This document shows positions 27,839 to 34,378 of a stretch of 34,378 nucleotides of DNA, in pieces. How positions within the stretch are numbered: position 1 is the first letter of the stretch; each line of letters starts with the position of its first letter. The notes under the pieces were generated by a model. It saw nothing but the letters and a program-made list of their open reading frames with translations. It did no database searches and was not told the DNA's origin. A program made the translations under genes and the position numbers. The stretch comes from Myxococcota bacterium (GTDB lineage Bacteria > Myxococcota > Myxococcia > Myxococcales > Myxococcaceae): positions 1-34,378 of the forward strand of contig JBMORE010000018.1 of NCBI GenBank assembly GCA_049322255.1, in the 5' to 3' direction.

Positions 27839-28888
27839 ATGTCTTTTGGCCCACGCACGGTGTGGATGGTGGGGCTCAACGTGCTGTGCCTCGCCCTGTT
27901 GGTGGCGGTGGTCGCACGCACGTGGATGGTCATCTCGTGGATTCTCATCGCGCTCTTGCTCGCGCTGGCGCTGGAGCCCGCGGTGCAGCGTCTGTCGGGG
28001 ACGATGCCGCGCGTGGTCTCGGTGTTGGTGCTCTTCGGCTGCTTTCTCGCGGCGATGGCGCTGGGGGTACGGCTGGTGTTGCCGTTGTTCATCGAGCAGG
28101 CCAGACGGTTGGTCGAGCGCACGCCCGAGCTCGTCGCCGGGCTGAAAAGCCAGCCGTGGATCGCCTGGCTCATCGAAGACCTCGAGCTGCACACGCGCTT
28201 GCTCGACGTCTTGCGCCGTCAGGGCCCGGGCGTGGTGCAACCCCTTTTCGACGTGGTGCGGAAGGTCTTCACCGGGCTCCTTGCCACCGGCACGGTGCTC
28301 ACCCTCACCGCGTTCATGCTGCTCTTCGGTCCCCCGCTGGTGGAGACGGGCTTGGGATGGGCGCACCCCTCGGAGCGCGCGCGCTACCGGCGGCTGGGCG
28401 GAGAGATTGTGGAGAAGGTGGGTGGCTACGTGGCGGGCACGCTCTTGGTGGCGCTGCTCGCCGGGGTGGTGACGGCGTTCACCACTCTGATTTTGGGGGT
28501 GCCGTACTTTCTCGCCTTGGGACTGGCGATGGCGGTGCTGGCGTTGGTGCCCTTCGTCGGGCCGGCGGTGGGGCTGGTGTTGGCCGTGGGCACCACGCTC
28601 GCCACCCAAGGGCCGCGCGACGCCCTCCTCTGCGCCGGGGTGCTGCTCGTCTACCCTCAGCTCAAGAACCGCCTCATTCAGCCACTGGTGCTGCGCCGCA
28701 CCATCCGCATGAACCCGTTGCTCATCACCCTGGTGATGCTGGTGGGCACGGCCCTCGCGGGACTACTCGGCACCGTGCTGGCGCTGCCGGTGGCCGCGGC
28801 GATTCAGGTGGTGCTGGAGGACGTCAAGCGCGCGCGGGAAGACCGCTGGGAGCTGGAGGAGGAGCCGGCCGCCCCACCGCCGCACTGA
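27839..28888 (+). CDS. AI-2E family transporter
   Basis: LALALEPAV, GGYVAG, LGVPY, VPFVG, QLKNRLIQPLV, GLLG.VLALP; RBS GAGGAG. Confidence 0.9.
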   Translation: MSFGPRTVWMVGLNVLCLALLVAVVARTWMVISWILIALLLALALEPAVQRLSGTMPRVVSVLVLFGCFLAAMALGVRLVLPLFIEQARRLVERTPELVAGLKSQPWIAWLIEDLELHTRLLDVLRRQGPGVVQPLFDVVRKVFTGLLATGTVLTLTAFMLLFGPPLVETGLGWAHPSERARYRRLGGEIVEKVGGYVAGTLLVALLAGVVTAFTTLILGVPYFLALGLAMAVLALVPFVGPAVGLVLAVGTTLATQGPRDALLCAGVLLVYPQLKNRLIQPLVLRRTIRMNPLLITLVMLVGTALAGLLGTVLALPVAAAIQVVLEDVKRAREDRWELEEEPAAPPPH

Positions 28889-28939
28889 TGTGCTTTCTTG
28901 GGGAGCGCCAAGGTCTTCGCCGATGCCTCAAGGTCTGTC

Positions 28940-28976
28940 TTGATTCAATAAGTAGGTGGTAATACCTTTGGATTAC
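28940..28976 (+). promoter_or_regulatory. Sigma70-like promoter and operator of RHH/RelE TA
   Basis: TTGATT (28940) -17 nt- TACCTT (28963); inverted repeat GTAAT-N8-ATTAC (28959-28976). Confidence 0.55.
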
Positions 28977-28996
28977 TTCTCTTCAGGAGCTGCAGT

Positions 28997-29302
28997 ATGT
29001 CAACGGTGACCACCCTCAAACTCCCCGATGATCTCAAAGCCCGCATCGAGCCTTTGGCCGCGGTGGAGGGGAAAACCGCGCACGCGTGGATGATCGATGC
29101 CCTCCGAAGTCAGGCGTCTCTTGCTGAGATGCGACGGTCGTTCATCAAAGAAGCGCTCGATTCCGCTGCCGAGGTGGATGCTGGGGGGCCCCTCTATTCC
29201 ATGGAGGACGTGCATGCTTATCTCCGGGCTCGAGTTGCAGGCCAGGCGGTCAAGCGGCCTAGGCCTCTCAAGAAGGGAGCTCGCCGAGGCAGGAGGGCAT
29301 GA
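28997..29302 (+). CDS. Ribbon-helix-helix antitoxin
   Basis: TTLKLPDDLKARI..LA...GKTAHAWM; immediately upstream of a RelE/ParE toxin. Confidence 0.8.
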   Translation: MSTVTTLKLPDDLKARIEPLAAVEGKTAHAWMIDALRSQASLAEMRRSFIKEALDSAAEVDAGGPLYSMEDVHAYLRARVAGQAVKRPRPLKKGARRGRRA

Positions 29303-29305
29303 GGG

Positions 29306-29596
29306 GTGCCGAACGTCCGGTTTTCTGCCCGGGCTCTCAAAGGTCTTGATCGTATTTTTGACTTCATCGCGGAGCACCACCCCGACCTGGCACTCCGGAG
29401 CGCGGAGGTGATCATCGACGCGACTGCAGTCCTACAGCGTCACCCTCTGATTGGACGCCCTGTGGAGGGAAGCCTGCGCGAGCTGGTCATCTCGCACGGA
29501 CCGATCGGTTACATCGCCCTGTATCGATTCATCTCGGCGGAGGACCGAGTGGAAATCCTAGCCATTCGGCATCAGCGCGAAGCTGGGTTCAAGTAG
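29306..29596 (+). CDS. RelE/ParE family toxin
   Basis: FSARALKGLDRIFDFI, HPLIGR...LRELVI..G..GYIALYR...ILAIRHQRE. Confidence 0.88.
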   Translation: MPNVRFSARALKGLDRIFDFIAEHHPDLALRSAEVIIDATAVLQRHPLIGRPVEGSLRELVISHGPIGYIALYRFISAEDRVEILAIRHQREAGFK

Positions 29597-29768
29597 CTGC
29601 GGCCTGGCCCGGCGTCCTTTCCCCTGCCACCCGGGTGCGGGCTCAGGTGGCTGAGGGGGCAACCGTCGCTATACTTGGCTCGATGGTGCCGCCCAAGCGA
29701 TGGGCATCGAAAGCGCGCTCATTGCAGAAACGGCAGCGCGCCGTCCAACGCGATTCGCGCGAACGCGC

Positions 29769-29810
29769 TTGCGTGTAATGAACCAATCGGTTAGTTTAAC
29801 ACTTGGTTAA
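29769..29810 (+). promoter_or_regulatory. Promoter and tandem ArsR operators
   Basis: TTGCGT (29769) -17 nt- TAGTTT (29792); AACC-AATC-GGTT (29781-29792) and TTAAC-ACTTG-GTTAA (29796-29810). Confidence 0.65.
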
Positions 29811-29817
29811 TTAAGCT

Positions 29818-30207
29818 ATGTCGTTCGACCCGCTCAGCGCCACCTTTGCCGCACTCGCCGACCCGACCCGGCGCGCGATCCTCGCGCGGCTCTCGAAGGG
29901 TGAAACCTCCGTCACGGAGCTAGCGCAGCCTTTCGAAATGAGCCTCCCTGCCGTGACGAAGCACCTCAAGGTGCTCGAGCGCGCGGGGCTGATTACGCGG
30001 AGCCGCGAAGCGCAGTGGCGACCCTGCCGACTCGCGCCGAAGCCGCTGAAGGACGCGAACGCCTGGCTCGAGCACTACCGCGAATTCTGGGAGGGCAGCT
30101 TCGACCGGCTCGATGACTACCTCGCCGACCTCCAGGGACAGAAGCGCCCGGCGCGCGCCCGCAAAGTTCCAACGGCGAAGAAGCCCAAACGAGGAGCACA
30201 CACATGA
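29818..30207 (+). CDS. ArsR/SmtB family regulator
   Basis: FAALADPTRRAILARL...MSLPAVTKHLKVLERAGLI...QWRPC. Confidence 0.92.
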   Translation: MSFDPLSATFAALADPTRRAILARLSKGETSVTELAQPFEMSLPAVTKHLKVLERAGLITRSREAQWRPCRLAPKPLKDANAWLEHYREFWEGSFDRLDDYLADLQGQKRPARARKVPTAKKPKRGAHT

Positions 30208-30671
30208 ACGCAGCGCTCGACCTCAACGAACTCGCGAAGCGGCAGCTGGAAATCTCGCGGCTGATCAGCGCCCCGCGCGCGCTGGTCTTTCAGGCGTTCA
30301 CTGACGCGAAGATGATCTCCAACTGGTGGGGGCCGAATGGCTTCCGCACGACGACGGTGAGCAAAGATGTGCGTCCGGGTGGCGCGTGGAAGTTCACCAT
30401 GCACGGGCCCGATGGCACCGACTTCCCGAACCTCATCGTCTACACGAAGGTCGTTCCCAACGAGCGGCTCGAGTGGGATCACGGCTCGAAGGAGGGCGAG
30501 GTGATATTCAAGGCAGTCGTCACCTTCAAGGATGAGGCGGGAAAGACGCGCGTCACGTTGCAGCACACGATGCCCACCGTCGAAGCGCGCGAGCAGGCGG
30601 CGAAGTACGCAATCGAAGGTGGCAATCAGACGCTCGCACGACTCGAGCAGCACCTCGCGACGCAGCAGTAG
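30204..30671 (+). CDS. SRPBCC (AHSA1/START-like) domain protein
   Basis: APRALVFQAFTD...WWGPNGF...DVRPGG.W...MHGPDG; ATGA overlap with arsR. Confidence 0.9.
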   Translation: MNAALDLNELAKRQLEISRLISAPRALVFQAFTDAKMISNWWGPNGFRTTTVSKDVRPGGAWKFTMHGPDGTDFPNLIVYTKVVPNERLEWDHGSKEGEVIFKAVVTFKDEAGKTRVTLQHTMPTVEAREQAAKYAIEGGNQTLARLEQHLATQQ

Positions 30672-30834
30672 TCGCTCATCGCTACGGCACCGTGCGCGCG
30701 AGTGCCCACGTCAGCGCGACTTCGAACTCAGCGAGCTCTGCATGGGGGAGACTGCAATCGAGCCTTGGGAGACCACCCGGACCACCGAAGACAGAGAGAA
30801 GACGACGACCCACGGTCTTATCGACCTCACAACG

Positions 30835-31035
30835 ACGCCCACGGCGCCGCCACCTAGGGACGGGGCGAGACCGTTACCAGGTTGGTAGTCGGTGGTCGGC
30901 AACCTCCATGCCCGCAAACACCGGTTGCGTCACGGAAGCTCACCAACAGCTCATCGCCGCAGTCCCGACGCACGACGCGGCAAAAGCCCTCCGAGAGGAC
31001 GCCGCACGACAGGTAGTGACGAAGCTTGGCGTTTG
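30835..31035 (-). mobile_element. Decayed IS91-family transposase zinc-binding-domain fragment
   Basis: LRHYLSCGVLSEGFCRVVRRDCGDELLVSF matches the YLxCGxLxxGFxRxxCxxCGxExLVxFSC motif; a frameshifted downstream trace resembles ADTAxNLV. Confidence 0.6.
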
Positions 31036-31061
31036 CGCAGGGCAACCGGGCTGCCGGCCCA

Positions 31062-33632
31062 CTACGCCGCGCTGCGCGCGTTCTTCTCGGCTCCCTTGGC
31101 CGGCGCGCGCCGGTCGTGCAACAGCTGCAGCACCGAGGCGAGCAGGGTGAAAGAAACCACCAATGTCGTCACTAAGCCGATGCAGGTCACCAGACCCATC
31201 GAGCGCAGGCCGTTGTGGCTGGCCCACAAGAGCGCCCCGAAGCCGGCCACGGTGGTGAGGGTGGAGGCGGCCACCGCCGAGCCCACGCTGCGCAGCGCCA
31301 CCACCGGCGAGGTGCCCTCGAGGAAGCGGTGCACCAGATACACCCCGTGCGACACCCCGTAGCCGAGCACGATGGGCAAGACGACGATGTTCATGAAGTT
31401 CAGGCGTAGGTCGATGAGCGACATGATGCCCAAGAGCGCGCCCACCCCCAGGCCCAGGGGAATGAGCGAGGCGAGGGCCGCGCCCACCTGACGGAAGTCG
31501 AGCAGGAGAATGAGCAGAATCCACGCCGCGGTGAGCGCCACGGTGAGCTTGCCGTCGAAGAGCACGATGCGCGCCAACTTGGCGTAAAGAATCGGCAAGC
31601 CGGCGGCGTGCAGCTCGCGCCCGTCTTTCAAGGTGATGGTCTCGGTCTGGTCGGAGAACTCCATCATCTTCTTGCCGTCCCACAAGTCCACCGTGGGGTA
31701 GAGGAAGGTGAGAAAGCCGTGGTTCTCCGGGCGGGTGGTGGGCAGGTGCCGGAACATCTTGGCGTACACCTCGGGCACCTCGTCGACGCCGAAGGGCTGG
31801 GCGTTCAGCATGGAGAGGAACTTCTCCGCCTTCTCTTGCAGCTCGGGTGGCAGCGACTTCACGTCAATCTCTTTGAGCTCCTCCTGCCACTCGTCGAGAA
31901 TCTTCCGGTTGGCGGCAGCGACCTCGGGCGGCGGCACGAAGGTGTAGAGGGACACCACCTGGTCCACGGTGGAGAAGCGCTGGGGGTCGAGCGGGGTCAT
32001 CTCGTCCCAGAGCGCTTTGGTCTCCTCGATGGTCTTCGCGTAAACGGCGGTGGGGTCGGAGCTGATGTTGAAGCGCTTGGTCACCTCGTCCTGGAGCTGG
32101 ATGGAGTACTGGTCCTCCGGCATCAGCGCGCGGGTGTTGTAGTTGAAGTGCACGCCCCCAATCATTCGCTCCCACAGGGTCGGCTTCTTGCTTCCGCTCA
32201 CTTCGACGTCGGCGAAGGGCACCGCGAAGAGGCACAACACCGCCACCGCTGCGCCGACGACAGCGATGACCAGCTTCGGCCGGGGCATACGCAGCTCTTT
32301 GCCTGCGGCGTCGTCGCCCTTGGGGGGAGCGGAGGTGCCGATGAGCCTGGCGGGCAGATCGGGCCGCCGCTTCCCCACCAGCGCCAAGAGCGCCGCCGGC
32401 CAGGAGAAGAGGATGAAGCCGATGATGAAGGTGCCGCACCCAGCGAGGAAGCCGAACTGGGAGAAGCCGCGGAACTCACTGAACATCAACGCGAAGAAGC
32501 TGCCGGAGGTGGCCACCGCCGAGATGAAGGCGGGCGCTCCGGCGTGGGTGATGGCGGCGACGATCGCTTCGTCGTAAGGCTTGCCCCCGCCCAGCTCGAG
32601 GCGCACCCGGTAGGTGAAGTGGAAGCCGAAGTCCACCCCCAACCCCATCAAGATGCCGGCGAGGATGGAGGTAATCATGTTGAGCTGCCCCACGGTGACG
32701 TAGGTGAAGCCCAGGGTGAGCAGCGTGCCCAGCACCATGCCGGTGGTGATGGTGACGACCGGCATCGTCCGTCGGAAGAAGAGGACCATGATGGTCAGGA
32801 TGGCGAAGAAGGAGATGAGCGTGGTCGGCTTGAGCGAGCGGATGATGGCGTCGGAGTCGTCGACGATTGTCTTGTACGAGCCGGTGAAGCCGTAGGTGAT
32901 TTGCCCCGTGGGCGGCGGCGTCTCCTCGTAGCTCTCGGAGAGCTTCACCCCGTGGGCGTTGCGCTGGCCGTACTCCGCCAAGAGGCCGCGAACCTCGTCG
33001 ACGAAGGCGCGCGTCTTGTCCAGCTCGGGCGCGTTCCACCGGGGCTTGATCAAGAGGATGATCATCTTCCGGTCTTCGGAGATGTAGTAGTCGTCTTTGA
33101 CGCTCTTCTTCCCGATGCGGCTGTACTTGGCGACGAGGTCGGAGAGGTCGAGCTTCACCGGCTCGGTCTTCTTGATCTCGATGAAGAAGGGGTTGTTCCG
33201 CCGCAGCTGGTCCTTGAGGTACGCCATGATTCGGCGCTTGCCCTCGGCGAGGTCCTCGGTCGCCAGGAAGAGAACCATGTTCTTTTGCACGAACTCCACC
33301 GGCACCTTGTAGGTGATGAAGTTCACCTTCTCGGTCTTGGCGAGCAGCGCGGCGTTGACGTCGTCCGACACCTTCTTGAGCGAGGCTTCGTCGTCGCCGC
33401 GCAGCGCCAGCATCAGGTAGCCGGTGCCCCCCACCATGTCCACGATGCGCTTGACGTCCTTCACCTGCCGCAGGTCTTGCGAGATGAGGTCCAGCTGGTT
33501 GGAGTTGATGGTGAGCCGGCTGCTCGCCCAACCGGAGAGCATCGCCAGCACGACGAGAACCAGGAGCACCACCGCCGGGCGGCGCACCAATAGGCGGCCG
33601 TAGGCGAAGGCGACGCGTTGTAGAAGGCTCAT
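31062..33632 (-). CDS. MMPL/RND family transporter (HpnN-like)
   Basis: Two TM bundles with large periplasmic loops; ILMGLGVDFGFH, SEFRGFSQFG, LNFMNIVVLPIVLGYGV, STLTTVAGFG. Confidence 0.9.
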   Translation of the reverse strand: MSLLQRVAFAYGRLLVRRPAVVLLVLVVLAMLSGWASSRLTINSNQLDLISQDLRQVKDVKRIVDMVGGTGYLMLALRGDDEASLKKVSDDVNAALLAKTEKVNFITYKVPVEFVQKNMVLFLATEDLAEGKRRIMAYLKDQLRRNNPFFIEIKKTEPVKLDLSDLVAKYSRIGKKSVKDDYYISEDRKMIILLIKPRWNAPELDKTRAFVDEVRGLLAEYGQRNAHGVKLSESYEETPPPTGQITYGFTGSYKTIVDDSDAIIRSLKPTTLISFFAILTIMVLFFRRTMPVVTITTGMVLGTLLTLGFTYVTVGQLNMITSILAGILMGLGVDFGFHFTYRVRLELGGGKPYDEAIVAAITHAGAPAFISAVATSGSFFALMFSEFRGFSQFGFLAGCGTFIIGFILFSWPAALLALVGKRRPDLPARLIGTSAPPKGDDAAGKELRMPRPKLVIAVVGAAVAVLCLFAVPFADVEVSGSKKPTLWERMIGGVHFNYNTRALMPEDQYSIQLQDEVTKRFNISSDPTAVYAKTIEETKALWDEMTPLDPQRFSTVDQVVSLYTFVPPPEVAAANRKILDEWQEELKEIDVKSLPPELQEKAEKFLSMLNAQPFGVDEVPEVYAKMFRHLPTTRPENHGFLTFLYPTVDLWDGKKMMEFSDQTETITLKDGRELHAAGLPILYAKLARIVLFDGKLTVALTAAWILLILLLDFRQVGAALASLIPLGLGVGALLGIMSLIDLRLNFMNIVVLPIVLGYGVSHGVYLVHRFLEGTSPVVALRSVGSAVAASTLTTVAGFGALLWASHNGLRSMGLVTCIGLVTTLVVSFTLLASVLQLLHDRRAPAKGAEKNARSAA

Positions 33633-33639
33633 GGGGTGC

Positions 33640-34200
33640 CTACTTCTCCGCCAGCTTCTCCTTCATCAGCTCGAGCAAGTGCTCCCACCCGCCCTCCTTC
33701 ATGATGGGGATGATTTGGTCGTCGCGGATGCCGGTGAGCATCGAGTCGCCCAGGACGGAGACGTCGATGACCTTCCACCCCGCCTTCTCCTTGAGGAGCT
33801 TGTACTTCACCTTGAGCTCCTGCTTCTTCATCGGGTGGTTGATGAGAATGGTCGAGCCCATCTCCGCCCGGTCTTCCTTCACCGCCGGCTCCTCGTAGAG
33901 CACGGCGTCCAGGTGCTCGAAGTTCGACTGAATCTTGGGGAAGGCAAGCTTCGCGAAGAGCGCGTGGAACAAGGAGACGAACTCCTTGCGCTGGGCGTCG
34001 GTGCCCTTGGCCCAGTCCTCGCCCAAGAGGAACTTGCCCTGCTCTTCGCCGGCGAAGTTTTTGAGCGCCAGCGCGTCTCGTTTGTAGCGCACGGCGTTGA
34101 TGACCGTCTTCAAGGGCTTGCTGACCTCCTCCTTGGGGGCAGCCAGGAGCGGGGTGTTCCACAGCAAGACGAGCGAGAAAGCGAGCAGGCGGCTGGTCAT
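33640..34200 (-). CDS. MlaC/HpnM-like periplasmic lipid-binding protein
   Basis: Signal peptide from ATG 34200; LLGEDW....AQRKEFV.LF, WKVIDVSVLGDSM; directly upstream of the MMPL gene. Confidence 0.8.
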   Translation of the reverse strand: MTSRLLAFSLVLLWNTPLLAAPKEEVSKPLKTVINAVRYKRDALALKNFAGEEQGKFLLGEDWAKGTDAQRKEFVSLFHALFAKLAFPKIQSNFEHLDAVLYEEPAVKEDRAEMGSTILINHPMKKQELKVKYKLLKEKAGWKVIDVSVLGDSMLTGIRDDQIIPIMKEGGWEHLLELMKEKLAEK

Positions 34201-34268
34201 GAAGGCCTCCGAAGACGTGGTGTAATCGAGCCAACGCACGGGGGGAACAGCGAATTCAACCGCTTGGT

Positions 34269-34298
34269 TTGACACCTGAGCGAGCGGGCCGCTAGGTT
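34269..34298 (+). promoter_or_regulatory. Sigma70-like promoter of metK
   Basis: TTGACA (34269) -18 nt- TAGGTT (34293); RBS GAGGA at 34324. Confidence 0.55.
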
Positions 34299-34333
34299 CC
34301 CGCGCCCTTCCATCATCCGCTCAGAGGACTGCC

Positions 34334-34378
34334 ATGCCTACCGATTTTCTGTTCACCTCCGAGTCTGTCACCGAGGGA
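34334..34378 (+). CDS. metK: S-adenosylmethionine synthetase, 5' fragment
   Basis: Translates MPTDFLFTSESVTEG, the conserved MetK N-terminus; runs off the window and is absent from the ORF track. Confidence 0.9.
   Translation, partial: MPTDFLFTSESVTEG

Noticed and set aside
29597..29760. Hairpins after the RelE toxin considered as an integron attC site or ncRNA
   Set aside because: No RYYYAAC/GTTRRRY box pair, no second copy and no integrase in the window.
34200..34333. Possible SAM riboswitch upstream of metK
   Set aside because: The predicted promoter leaves only about 30 nt of leader and no SAM-riboswitch consensus was recognised.

Overview
GC-rich bacterial chromosomal segment, very probably from a myxobacterium (Myxococcota), judging by a MYXO-CTERM-type sorting tail, an FHA-GAF-cyclase, a Hanks kinase and a Myxococcus-type PilZ protein. 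The backbone carries signalling genes, cstA, a TetR-hydrolase pair, a ClC-CBS protein, HIT, a GT-C glycosyltransferase, a complete hprK-rapZ-mannose-family PTS-ptsH-ptsI cluster, a Rieske oxygenase, a lipoprotein, MMPL and MlaC genes, and the start of metK at the right edge. Small accessory inserts interrupt it: three type II toxin-antitoxin modules (higBA-like, ccdAB, RHH/RelE), an ATPase-wHTH-PD-(D/E)xK gene, an ArsR-SRPBCC pair, a frameshifted membrane-protein gene and an IS91-like transposase remnant. The most striking sequence-level observations are: (1) ccdAB sits between the real rapZ 3' end and a diverged second copy of the last rapZ codons; (2) the TetR operator palindrome recurs inside the coding sequence of the next gene; (3) the ClC and the cyclase carry substitutions or losses at canonical functional residues; (4) a candidate Rieske/lipoprotein/MMPL/MlaC lipid-handling module. 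No rRNA, tRNA or CRISPR array was recognised. All family calls come from motif recognition by eye; no database searches were run.
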